A stretch of 64,000 nt of DNA from NCBI GenBank assembly GCA_964443355.1, contig CAYUDX010000011.1, positions 34,823 through 98,822 on the forward strand, given 5' to 3'. The first letter of the stretch is position 1. Every line of letters begins with the position of its first letter. Below are positions 28,037 to 37,240 of the stretch, piece after piece. This DNA is from an uncultured Spirochaetia bacterium. Its GTDB lineage: Bacteria > Oederibacteriota > PGYV01 > Palsa-1178. Under the pieces are notes generated by a model. The model was not told the origin of the DNA, ran no database searches, and saw nothing but the letters and a program-made list of their open reading frames with translations. The translations under genes were made by a program, and so were the position numbers.

Positions 28037-28378
28037 TTATCCTATGGCTTCTTTTCCTTTTTCACCGGTTCTTATCCTGATGCATTCATCCATTGGCAGG
28101 ACAAAAATCTTGCCGTCGCCGGTCTCTCCGGTCTGTGCGCCCGCCATAATTGCTTTTATAGTAGGCTCAAGGAAATCATCGTTTACGCATATTTCAAGCC
28201 TTATTTTGCGCAGCAGGTTGCCCGACTCCCTGACGCCCCTGTAAACTTCAGTAATTCCTTTCTGCCTGCCGTGCCCCAAAACCTCATTAACGGTCAAAAG
28301 ATTTACATTAGCCTTGTACAGCTCCTGTTTAACCTCTTCCAGCTTGTGCGGCTGGATGATAGCGATTATCATTTTCAT
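28037..28378 (-). CDS. glnK: Nitrogen regulatory protein P-II (GlnK type), copy 2
   Basis: ~88% identical to the copy at 22650-22991. Confidence 0.9.
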   Translation of the reverse strand: MKMIIAIIQPHKLEEVKQELYKANVNLLTVNEVLGHGRQKGITEVYRGVRESGNLLRKIRLEICVNDDFLEPTIKAIMAGAQTGETGDGKIFVLPMDECIRIRTGEKGKEAIG

Positions 28379-28435
28379 TTAGATCCTCCTGAAAATATTT
28401 TTATTCATTATAGTGCTAAAAATCATCTGAGTAAA

Positions 28436-29773
28436 TCACTCAATTAATGTATAGGCACGCTCGTTATGCTCGCTGACATCGAGCCCCAGAACCTCTTTTT
28501 TATCCGGAACCCTTACGCCAAGTATGACATCCACGAGTTTATAGAGAACGGCCGTTGCGACGACAGTATAGGCCACGGCGGCAAAAGCGCCTATGCACTG
28601 GACTCCGAACTGTCCCGGGTTGCCGAAAAACAAACCATTGGCACCGGCCGGATTTATAAGTTTTGAGGCGAAAAGACCGGTCATGAGAGTTCCCCATAAT
28701 CCGCCTATGCCGTGAACGCCGAACGCGTCAAGCGTATCATCGTAATTGAACTTGGGCTTGATCAAACCTACCGCAATATAACAAATAATGGAAGTGGATA
28801 TTCCGATGGCTATCGCCCCCCATATGCCTATAAAACCCGATGCAGGCGTGACCGTGGCGAGTCCCGCAATGGCCCCGGTGGCTGTCCCGAGCATGGTGGG
28901 CCTTCCTACGGTAAGCCACTCAATGGTGGCCCACGTTAGGGCCGCGGCTGCGGCGGCTATATTTGTTGACAGGAAAGCGCTGATTGCTATATTATTTGCG
29001 GCAAGGGAGCTTCCGGCGTTAAAGCCGAACCATCCGAACCAGAGCAATCCGGCCCCGAGGACCGTAAAGGGCAGGTTGTGCGGCGTCGGCGCCGCGGTAT
29101 GGTTGCGTCGTTTGCCTATTATTATCGCCGTGACAAGCGCTGCGAAACCCGCACTTATATGGACAACTATACCTCCGGCAAAATCCATCACACCCAGTTT
29201 TGCAAGCCAGCCTCCGCCCCAGACCCAGTGGCAGAGCGGATTATAAACAAATGTGGCCCAGAGAAGGGAAAAAATGATGTAGGCGGAGAATTTCATCCTT
29301 TCCGCGAACGCTCCAATGATGAGCGCCGGGGTGATAATGGCGAACATCATCTGGAATATGACGAAAAGCTGGTGGGGGATGTTGGGGGCCCAGGGGCACG
29401 GTTCCATTCCGACGTTGTTTAGGCCTATGTATTTAAGCCCGCCTATAAAACCGTTGCCCGGAGCAAAAGAAAGGGAATATCCGAAAAGCACCCATTGCAG
29501 GCTTATCACGGCCATGGCCATGAAGCATTGCATTAAGACGCCCAGGATGTTCTTTCTCCTGACAAGGCCGCCGTAGAAAAAGGCCAGTCCCGGAGTCATC
29601 AGAAGAACGAGAGCGGAAGAAATAAGCATCCAGGAAATATCCCCGGAGTTTGAAGCTGCTGCCGGAGCAGCGGCAATAGCCGTTGAAACGGCGGGCACGG
29701 ACTGGGCCGCATCCGCGGCGAACATTAAGAATGGACATGACAATACAAACAATAAAATAATAAATCTTTTCAT
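28436..29773 (-). CDS. amt: Ammonium transporter (Amt family), copy 2
   Basis: Paralog of the 23002-24384 protein with the same signatures. Confidence 0.9.
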   Translation of the reverse strand: MKRFIILLFVLSCPFLMFAADAAQSVPAVSTAIAAAPAAASNSGDISWMLISSALVLLMTPGLAFFYGGLVRRKNILGVLMQCFMAMAVISLQWVLFGYSLSFAPGNGFIGGLKYIGLNNVGMEPCPWAPNIPHQLFVIFQMMFAIITPALIIGAFAERMKFSAYIIFSLLWATFVYNPLCHWVWGGGWLAKLGVMDFAGGIVVHISAGFAALVTAIIIGKRRNHTAAPTPHNLPFTVLGAGLLWFGWFGFNAGSSLAANNIAISAFLSTNIAAAAAALTWATIEWLTVGRPTMLGTATGAIAGLATVTPASGFIGIWGAIAIGISTSIICYIAVGLIKPKFNYDDTLDAFGVHGIGGLWGTLMTGLFASKLINPAGANGLFFGNPGQFGVQCIGAFAAVAYTVVATAVLYKLVDVILGVRVPDKKEVLGLDVSEHNERAYTLIE

Positions 29774-29946
29774 TGTGTTCCTCCCCGAATTTGTTATCCC
29801 TTTACTTCAAAGCTTATCTTAGAATCTACAATGAAATATTTTCAAAGCCCTTCCGACAGGGCACTGTGGACCTTCTGCTTTTGACGGCTTTTTAGCGGCC
29901 CCGGGGCGTCGGCACCCCGGGGCCAAGTCGGCGTCGAAGTAGAAGG

Positions 29947-29995
29947 GATCAAAGATGGATAATGGATATGAAATATCCATTATCCATCTTTGATC
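29947..29995. promoter_or_regulatory. 22-bp perfect inverted repeat with a 5-nt spacer, between glnN and amt2
   Basis: gatcaaagatggataatggata-tgaaa-tatccattatccatctttgatc; a GC-rich ggccccgggg hairpin lies ~40 nt away. Confidence 0.5.
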
Positions 29996-30105
29996 TTTGC
30001 TTTTGTAGGGGCGGCCTTATATGGCCGCCCGTTAAGCCCTATGCTTTAAAGAGCGAAAAAATCCCGGAGCGGTTCTTCACCGCCCCGGGAAACATTGGTA
30101 TAGGT

Positions 30106-32217
30106 TTACAGCTTAAAAAGAAGGTCCGCGTAAGTCGGGACTGGCCAGAGATCAGCCGGGACAAGTCCTTCTAGGGCATCGATATCGTCCCTTAATGAAG
30201 TGTAAGCGGTAAATACGCCGTCCCTGTATGCTTCGGCTTTCTTGACCGCATCCGATATATCGGCGGCTTTTGCCCTTGCGTCAACAGCTGCCATGAGCTT
30301 TGCCGATGCGGAATCAAGCAGGGTAGATACCATCTTCAATACCGCTTCCTGCGTCTTTGAAGTGCCGCCGGCGGATTTTACCTTGGAGATTGAATCCGCA
30401 AGTTTTGTCGCATACTTGATGGCGGCCGGTATGAACTGCGTGCTTGCCATGTTAATGGCCGTATTGGCTTCTATATTTATGACCTTGGAATATGTCTCTA
30501 TATAAATTTCATAGCGGCTGTGAAGCTCTTCTTTTGAAAGAACGCCGTATTTTGTGAGGATAGCTTCCGCTTTTGGGGTGATCAGCGCCTTGTGCGCGTC
30601 GACGGAATTTTTTACGTTCGGAAGGCCGCGTTTTGCCGCTTCTTTTTCCCATTCGGCGGAATAGTTGTTGCCGTTGAAAACTATCTTTGAATTTTCCCTG
30701 AAAACGTCCTTGAGTATCGCGGCAACTTCGGCTTTTATATCCTTTGATTTCTCAAGCCTGCCAGCGATCTCGTCGAGCGATTCGGCAACGGCGGTATTGA
30801 GGATCAGCATGGGGCCGGCGCATGACATTGCCGAACCAACCATCCTGAACTCGAATTTATTGCCGGTAAAGGCGAAAGGCGACGTCCTGTTCCTGTCAGA
30901 GTTGTCCTTGGGGAAGGAAGGAAGCGAATCAACGCCGACATTTGTGAATTCCTTGCCTTTGGAGGAGTATTTCTCGCCTTTGCCGAGCTTCTCAAATATC
31001 TCGCCGAGCATGTCGCCGAGATAAACGGAGATGATCGCGGGAGGAGCCTCGTTTGCGCCGAGCCTGTGGTCCTGTCCGGCTGTCGCGCATCCGCCGCGGA
31101 GCATATCGGCGTGGCGGTCAACGGCCCTGATTACGCCCGCAAGGAAAGCCAGGAACTGCATGTTGTCGTGTGGGTTATCGCCAGGCTCGAGAAGGTTCAG
31201 CCCGTCATCCGTTCCAAGCGACCAGTTGTTGTGTTTTCCAGAACCGTTGATGCCCCTGTAAGGTTTCTCATGGAGCAGGCATACAAGGTCGTGCCTCAGG
31301 GCTATCTTCTGCATAAGCTCCATTGTGAGCTGGTTATGGTCGACCGCGGTGTTTAGCATCGAGAATACCGGAGCGTTCTCGAACTGCGCCGGCGCAACTT
31401 CGTTGTGCCTTGTTTTTGAGAAAATGCCGAGCTTCCACATTTCGGTGTCAAGGTCGGCCATGAATGCCGATACATTGTCCTTGATGGTCCCGAAATATTG
31501 GTCCTCAAGCTCCTGCCCCTTGGGGGATGGGGCGCCGAAAAGCGTCCTGCCCGTGAGCTGGAGGTCGAGCCTCTGCATGAAAAGTTTCTTGTCCACAAGG
31601 AAATATTCCTGCTCCGGCCCGAGCGTGGCGACAACTTTTCTTGTCGTTGTGTTTCCGAGGGCTTTCAACACCCTTAAAGCCTGCTTTGAAACCGCGTCGA
31701 TGGAACGCAGAAGCGGTATCTTTTTATCGAGCGCCACACCGGTGTAGGAATAAAATGCAGTGGGAATGAAAAGTGTCACATCGCCGACGGCGTTCTCCTT
31801 GACGAATGCCGGGACGGTTGGATCCCAGGCCGTATATCCGCGGGCTTCAAATGTTGCGCGCAATCCGCCGGACGGAAAAGACGATGCGTCGGGTTCTCCC
31901 TGTATAAGCTGTTTGCCTGAAAATTCGAGCACGATCTCTCCGTCTCCGACAGGCGAAATGAACGCGTCGTGTTTCTCTGCTGTAATGCCGGTCAGCGGCT
32001 GGAACCAGTGGGTGTAGTGCGTTGCGCCCTTTTCAATGGCCCAGTCCTTCATAGCGTTGGCGATTACATTGGCTGTATCCATTGTCATCTGCTTGCTCTC
32101 ATCGACGGATTTTTTAAACGCCTTGTAAACCGCCTTGGGAAGCCTTTCTTTCATTACTTTGTCGCTGAAAACATTGGAACCGAAGATTTCTGCCACATTA
32201 ATAACCGGATTAGACAT
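30106..32217 (-). CDS. glnN: Glutamine synthetase type III
   Basis: 703 aa; GSIII-type N-terminus (MSNPVINVAEIFGSNVF...ATHYTHWFQPLTG) and catalytic core. Confidence 0.9.
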   Translation of the reverse strand: MSNPVINVAEIFGSNVFSDKVMKERLPKAVYKAFKKSVDESKQMTMDTANVIANAMKDWAIEKGATHYTHWFQPLTGITAEKHDAFISPVGDGEIVLEFSGKQLIQGEPDASSFPSGGLRATFEARGYTAWDPTVPAFVKENAVGDVTLFIPTAFYSYTGVALDKKIPLLRSIDAVSKQALRVLKALGNTTTRKVVATLGPEQEYFLVDKKLFMQRLDLQLTGRTLFGAPSPKGQELEDQYFGTIKDNVSAFMADLDTEMWKLGIFSKTRHNEVAPAQFENAPVFSMLNTAVDHNQLTMELMQKIALRHDLVCLLHEKPYRGINGSGKHNNWSLGTDDGLNLLEPGDNPHDNMQFLAFLAGVIRAVDRHADMLRGGCATAGQDHRLGANEAPPAIISVYLGDMLGEIFEKLGKGEKYSSKGKEFTNVGVDSLPSFPKDNSDRNRTSPFAFTGNKFEFRMVGSAMSCAGPMLILNTAVAESLDEIAGRLEKSKDIKAEVAAILKDVFRENSKIVFNGNNYSAEWEKEAAKRGLPNVKNSVDAHKALITPKAEAILTKYGVLSKEELHSRYEIYIETYSKVINIEANTAINMASTQFIPAAIKYATKLADSISKVKSAGGTSKTQEAVLKMVSTLLDSASAKLMAAVDARAKAADISDAVKKAEAYRDGVFTAYTSLRDDIDALEGLVPADLWPVPTYADLLFKL

Positions 32218-32341
32218 AAATTTTACACTCCTTTCGGAATTTTAGGGGATATGAGTATAGATTACCGCAGTCCCTTCAACTTCGCTAACCGACTCAAACC
32301 CTCTGTTTGCCTGTAAACAGGCTTCTAGATGCTATCTAATA

Positions 32342-32357
32342 AGCAAAAAACATGCCA
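32342..32357 (-). promoter_or_regulatory. σ54 (-24/-12) promoter TGGCAT-N5-TTGCT upstream of glnN
   Basis: Minus-strand tggcatgttttttgct, GG-N10-GC spacing, ~115 nt before the glnN ATG. Confidence 0.55.
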
Positions 32358-32553
32358 GATAAAACGCTTGTGAAATATAGTGAAATCTATCTTTTGGTGG
32401 TCAAATTTGGCACAAAAAAAAGTTAGAAATGGTCAAAAGTTATACAAATTTTCAGTTTAATATTGACTTAAAGAAAGAGTATTATATAATAACCAGATGA
32501 TTAAATAATGACCAATTACGGCATGTTATATGCTTATAAATATGGAGGACAAG

Positions 32554-34653
32554 ATGAAAAAGAAAGAGGAAATATCTGCCGTTGCAGCCGCTTCACGGGG
32601 CGGTGATTACGAGAACAAGCTTAAAAAACTGAAACTTGTCCATTATATATCAATAGAAATGAATAAACCGCATTCCACAAAAGCGCTGCTAACATTGATA
32701 CTTGAACGTTGCCTTGAGCTCACAGGAGCAAAGACCGGCAGTGTCATGCTCATAAATGAGGCTGATAATCTCCTCGATATAGTCGCGTATAAGAATCTCC
32801 CGGCAAAAACAGCCGAAGCGACCAGGCTAAAGATCGGCGAAGGAATTACGGGATGGGTGGCAATGACCGGCAGCCCAAAGCTGGTCAACAACACAAGGCA
32901 GGACCCGATCTATATCAAGGTCAGGGAGGACCTATTATCCGAGCTTGCGGTCCCGATAAGGACTGAAAACAAGGTAATAGGCGTAATAAGCGTGGATTCG
33001 AACCGGGAAAACGCCTTTACAGAGGACGATCTGGACCTGTTGCTGATGGTGGCGGAACTTTCCGCTCAGATAATAACAAAGGACAAGATACAGGAAAAGT
33101 TGGGGTCCAAGATAAGCTCGCAGGAGATACTTATCGACACCTTCCATATAATAGAGGAAGAAGAGTCGCTCAACGACGTGTTTAACAAGGTAATGGAAGT
33201 ATTGAAGGACAAAATGAACATTTCCAGGGGCATGCTGGTGCTTTTTGACAAGGAGAGCCCTGATTCTCTGAAGGTTTACAGCGGCTATAAGATAAGCGAG
33301 GACTCCATTAAGAACGGGGTATATAAGATAGGCGAAGGCATAATTGGAAATGCGGTGCTAAAGGGGCAGACCATAGCCGTAGAGGACCTAACAAAAGAGC
33401 CGTTATTCCTAAACAGGCTGAAGATCCAGCGGCCGGAAAAAAACTCCATGATAGCCGCGCCCATCAAGGCGGGGCCGCGTGTCCTGGGCGTACTGTCCAT
33501 CGAAAAAATTTTTGAGGAAAAGGAATACTTTCAGGACGGTGTCCATACTATAACTATACTCGCGTCGCTGATCGCATACAGGGTAAGGAGCTTCCAGCGC
33601 CAGCAGGCCGAGACGCAGAAACTTATAACAGAAAACATCGAATTGCGCAAAGAACTGAAAAAGGACTACAGTTTCAGGAATATCGTCGGCAAGAACGAAC
33701 AGGTGCGGCGCATCATAGAGCAGATCAAAACGGTTTCCAATACCACCGCATCCGTGCTTATCACCGGGGAGACCGGCACCGGCAAGGAATTGATAGCCAA
33801 GATCGTCCATTTTTTGAGCGACAGGAGGGAAAATAAGTTCATTTCCGTCAACTGCGCGGCAATTCCTGAAAATCTCCTCGAATCAGAGTTGTTCGGATTC
33901 GAAAAAGGTGCATTTACCGGAGCGGTCGGCAACAAAAAGGGAAAATTCGAGCTGGCGGACAGGGGAACGCTGTTCCTCGACGAAATAGGAGAGATGCCTC
34001 TCCAGCTCCAGTCAAAGATACTCAGGGCCCTGCAGGAAAAAGAAATTGAGCCGCTGGGCTCCGAAAAATCCACGAAGATCGACATAAGGATAATCGCCGC
34101 CACCAATAAGGACCTGAAAAAGATGGTGGACGAGAAAAAATTCAGGGCGGACCTCTATTTCAGGCTTAATGTGATAACCGTGCACATGCCGGCTCTGCGT
34201 GAAAGGAAAGACGACCTGCCTTTGCTTGTGGATTTTTTCATAAAAAGGTATAATGAAGTATATGGTAAACAGGTGGCGGGCATTGACAGCTCCGTCGAGG
34301 ACATTTTTATGAATTATGAATGGCCGGGAAACATCAGGGAGCTTGAAAACGTCATTGAACGGGCCGTAATAATGGCCAAGGGCAGCCTTATAGACATATC
34401 GCTAATCCCGGACGCAATAAATCCGGCTAAAAACAAGGATGAAGGGTTTAATATCAAGAATTATATAAAGATTGAGTCCAGAAAGAAGGCCAGCGGCAGT
34501 ATATATAAGGAAGTGATAGGTGAGCTTGAAAAATGGCTTATCGAGGAAATGCTGGTGGATACCGGAAATAATAAGTTGAAAACCGCCCAAAAGCTTGGTA
34601 TTAATAGGAATACGCTGAAATCAAAGATGAAAGAGTACGGGATAATCCAATAA
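32554..34653 (+). CDS. σ54-dependent transcriptional activator (GAF–GAF–AAA+–HTH; NifA-like, no receiver domain)
   Basis: Two N-terminal GAF-like regions; AAA+ motifs GETGTGKELIAKIVH and ESELFGFEKGAFTGA (GAFTGA σ54-contact motif); C-terminal Fis-type HTH; GGAGG ribosome-binding site before the ATG at 32554. Confidence 0.85.
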   Translation: MKKKEEISAVAAASRGGDYENKLKKLKLVHYISIEMNKPHSTKALLTLILERCLELTGAKTGSVMLINEADNLLDIVAYKNLPAKTAEATRLKIGEGITGWVAMTGSPKLVNNTRQDPIYIKVREDLLSELAVPIRTENKVIGVISVDSNRENAFTEDDLDLLLMVAELSAQIITKDKIQEKLGSKISSQEILIDTFHIIEEEESLNDVFNKVMEVLKDKMNISRGMLVLFDKESPDSLKVYSGYKISEDSIKNGVYKIGEGIIGNAVLKGQTIAVEDLTKEPLFLNRLKIQRPEKNSMIAAPIKAGPRVLGVLSIEKIFEEKEYFQDGVHTITILASLIAYRVRSFQRQQAETQKLITENIELRKELKKDYSFRNIVGKNEQVRRIIEQIKTVSNTTASVLITGETGTGKELIAKIVHFLSDRRENKFISVNCAAIPENLLESELFGFEKGAFTGAVGNKKGKFELADRGTLFLDEIGEMPLQLQSKILRALQEKEIEPLGSEKSTKIDIRIIAATNKDLKKMVDEKKFRADLYFRLNVITVHMPALRERKDDLPLLVDFFIKRYNEVYGKQVAGIDSSVEDIFMNYEWPGNIRELENVIERAVIMAKGSLIDISLIPDAINPAKNKDEGFNIKNYIKIESRKKASGSIYKEVIGELEKWLIEEMLVDTGNNKLKTAQKLGINRNTLKSKMKEYGIIQ

Positions 34654-34695
34654 GCGCCATATAACGAAAAAAAAGGGAAAATGCGTGGAGGAAAA

Positions 34696-35586
34696 ATGAA
34701 GAAGTATAAATTTGTTTCCGTCTTATTTATTTTGATGTTATTATTTGCCGCGGCAGTATACCCGGCAAAGTCTCCGAAAGCTAAGAAAACCCCAAAACCC
34801 ACCGTTTCAAGCCTCACAAGGCAGTTAAACGAGGCAAAAGACACCATAGAAACATTATCGGCGCAAAAGGTGTCGCTTACGGCAAAAGTCAGCCAGATGG
34901 ACATTGACATGAAAAAGCTCAGGAAGGATTCGGACGCAAAATTTTACCTTGCTCTTGGCTGCGGCCTGGGGACGACAATAATATGCCTTGCCATAATAAT
35001 AATTTTGACCGGAGCAAAAAATGCGGCGGCCGGAACGACGCAAAAAAAGAAAAAATTCGCCGGGCCCGACAGGGAAAGCCATTTTGAGGAGCTTGAATAC
35101 AACGTACTGGACGACTGGCACAACATATGGTTCCATCCTGAAAAGGTGAACAACGAGCTTTATATGGACCTTGCCAACCATTTTCCTGAACTTCATGAGA
35201 AAATTGAAAAATGGAAATATGACATGGCCAAAAGGAACGACCTTGTGGACGGAATGAACAGGAACATATCGGTTAAATTCAAGGAAATAGAGGCAACCCC
35301 CTCAATATATCTGCTTGCGCTCGGGGAGAGCGAGTTTTTTATCGACGAGAACGAAATACACGTCGGGACTTTTGTATGCGCGCATGCGAAGCCGGGATAT
35401 ACGACGACAAGGGACATGATGCAGGCTTTTTATAATGAAGTGATCAAGATGATGGAGATAGATTATTCCGAGATAAAGGCCATTTCAGTGGAGATAGCGG
35501 ATTTAAAAACCGCGGTTGACATAGAGATACGGAAAATAAAGCATCACAGGAAACTGCCGGGTGATTGCAAATTTATCAGGGCATAA
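34696..35586 (+). CDS. Hypothetical membrane protein (signal/TM segments, coiled coil, unknown C-terminal domain)
   Basis: GGAGG ribosome-binding site; two hydrophobic segments; 42 nt after the σ54 activator gene. Confidence 0.5.
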   Translation: MKKYKFVSVLFILMLLFAAAVYPAKSPKAKKTPKPTVSSLTRQLNEAKDTIETLSAQKVSLTAKVSQMDIDMKKLRKDSDAKFYLALGCGLGTTIICLAIIIILTGAKNAAAGTTQKKKKFAGPDRESHFEELEYNVLDDWHNIWFHPEKVNNELYMDLANHFPELHEKIEKWKYDMAKRNDLVDGMNRNISVKFKEIEATPSIYLLALGESEFFIDENEIHVGTFVCAHAKPGYTTTRDMMQAFYNEVIKMMEIDYSEIKAISVEIADLKTAVDIEIRKIKHHRKLPGDCKFIRA

Positions 35587-35652
35587 TTATATTTACAGCC
35601 GTATGAACGCACGGCGTACGCGTCAAATTTCGCTATGGGGTTAAAAGTTGAT

Positions 35653-35841
35653 TTAAAGCGCCATATAAAGCTTTAAAAGCAGGGAATCAACGGCGCCTGC
35701 GGTCTTTTTGTTCTCGGCTTTTTCGAATGAAGCGAAAGCTTTTGATTTTGAGAGCAGTTCGAGATGTTCGCTTCCGGGCCTGTAACCTTCCCAATTTTCC
35801 GTGTCCGTGATCTTAGTGCGTGCGTCCAGTGTCTTTGTCAT
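35653..35841 (-). CDS. Small hypothetical protein (62 aa) downstream of, and overlapping, the XRE regulator gene
   Basis: AGGAGG ribosome-binding site 9 nt upstream of the ATG; overlaps the 3' end of the HTH gene by 29 nt. Confidence 0.3.
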   Translation of the reverse strand: MTKTLDARTKITDTENWEGYRPGSEHLELLSKSKAFASFEKAENKKTAGAVDSLLLKLYMAL

Positions 35842-36031
35842 TTCTTGTTTTCCTCCTTTTTATGCCCAACAGTTTGTTGATGTGATATTCCTGAATCTGA
35901 TTGGGGTCGTTCCTGCTTTTAAACCACCTGTTTACCGTGCAGAAAGCCACGTCAAGTTCACACGCCAGCTTCTGTTGCGATATCCTGTTTTCCAGCCTGT
36001 ATTTTTCCAATTCTTTCACTATGTTCTTCAT
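35813..36031 (-). CDS. XRE-family helix-turn-helix transcriptional regulator (72 aa)
   Basis: HTH_3 pattern ISQQKLACELDVAFCTVNRWFKSRNDP; a TTGACA...TATAAT promoter abuts the ATG, suggesting a leaderless mRNA. Confidence 0.6.
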   Translation of the reverse strand: MKNIVKELEKYRLENRISQQKLACELDVAFCTVNRWFKSRNDPNQIQEYHINKLLGIKRRKTRNDKDTGRTH

Positions 36032-36177
36032 ATAGCATATTATAGCAAATTATAGCATTTTGTCAAGCTTAAAAATTATTTATTTTTTTTGCATCCGGAT
36101 CAGATTGGCCGCGGAGTTTTTGAGTTTTTCTTTAGAAATTCTGTTATAATCATAAAAATGAAAAAGGAGGGCAGTTT

Positions 36178-37092
36178 ATGAAAAAAATATTGATGATCGT
36201 TTTGCTGTGCGCACCGTCGGTCTTATTCGGGGTTTCTTCGGCACCGTTTTTAAGGTTTAATTACAATGCGGCGTCCCAGGGATCGGGAGGGGCGGGGTGC
36301 GCGCGATTCGGGGATATTTCGGGGATAAGCATAAACCCGGCTTCCACCAACGGCGCAATGAACGCGTCCGCGGCGTTTTCATACGGCGACATAGGCGAGT
36401 TCGATATAAGCGCCACGCAAACGAACGTGCTTGTGCCCGTGACCGACTACGGGAATTTTGGAGCGTCATTCATATATTCGAAGCAGGGAATCGACGACCC
36501 GGCGGATCCCGGTTCAAAAATCGACCGGAACGACAGGCTTGCCCTGTTGAATTATTCTTTCATGACCGATGATTCCATCGGGTTTGGCGCAAATTTAAAA
36601 TATGCGTGGTCCGATGTGGCGGGAACAACGGCTTCTTTCCTGGCGGCGGATATCGGCGCATTGTATTTATTCGACAAGGACCTTTCTTTTGGGCTGGCGG
36701 CAAGGGATATCGGGGCATTGGTCTCGTCGGGCGGGAACGGATACGGGTTAAAAGAGGAAGGACTTGATTCTTCGGTCATGGCAGGGGTAAATTACTACAT
36801 GCTATATGATAACGAGAACAAGTTATCGTTATCCATGGACCTTGGTTTTGCGATTCCTTTCGAGCGGGCCGTAATTTCAGAGGGGATGGAATACGGTTAT
36901 AACTCATTATTCATTATAAGGGCAGGGGACTACGAGAGCGTGAGCGGCGAGAATTATTTGAGCGTGGGGCTCGGGATGGACCACGATATCGCCGGAATTA
37001 ATTTTAAATTCGATTATACTTACAGCCCAAGGATTTCCGGTTCGTCCAATTTTAGCGACGATCAATTTATTACAATAACATCAATTTTTTAA
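36178..37092 (+). CDS. Outer-membrane β-barrel protein (distant PorV/FadL-like superfamily), hypothetical
   Basis: AGGAGG ribosome-binding site, signal peptide, G-rich N-terminal ...INPAST motif, β-rich, C-terminal ...ITSIF. Confidence 0.5.
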   Translation: MKKILMIVLLCAPSVLFGVSSAPFLRFNYNAASQGSGGAGCARFGDISGISINPASTNGAMNASAAFSYGDIGEFDISATQTNVLVPVTDYGNFGASFIYSKQGIDDPADPGSKIDRNDRLALLNYSFMTDDSIGFGANLKYAWSDVAGTTASFLAADIGALYLFDKDLSFGLAARDIGALVSSGGNGYGLKEEGLDSSVMAGVNYYMLYDNENKLSLSMDLGFAIPFERAVISEGMEYGYNSLFIIRAGDYESVSGENYLSVGLGMDHDIAGINFKFDYTYSPRISGSSNFSDDQFITITSIF

Positions 37093-37211
37093 TTAATAAA
37101 AAATCTCGATGGTTTCATAGCCCTATGTTATAATCCGACCCGGGGTTCCATTTTTGCAACGTACCGCCGGACCAAACTTCGACCTCGGGTCGCTTGTGAA
37201 AATAATCTTTA

Positions 37212-37240
37212 TTGACAATTTGTTTGTTTCTGATTATAAT
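37212..37240 (+). promoter_or_regulatory. Perfect consensus σ70 promoter (TTGACA-N17-TATAAT), ~290 nt upstream of the hydrogenase–Nfn operon
   Basis: ttgaca 37212-37217, 17-nt spacer, tataat 37235-37240. Confidence 0.6.

Noticed and set aside
29895-29925. GC-rich self-complementary ggccccgggg…ccccggggcc hairpin considered as the glnN terminator
   Set aside because: No U-run follows on either strand. The long AT-rich palindrome nearby is the more striking element, and this hairpin may simply add secondary structure.
32430-32450. Plus-strand ttggcacaaaaaaaag considered as a σ54 promoter for the activator gene
   Set aside because: It has a TGGCAC -24-like box but no GC dinucleotide at the -12 position.
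36031-36060. Three 10-bp direct repeats (tatagcaNat) considered as iterons or an operator array
   Set aside because: They coincide with overlapping -10-like hexamers (TATAAT ×2) of the XRE gene promoter. They are more simply explained as promoter sequence, although an operator role is not excluded.
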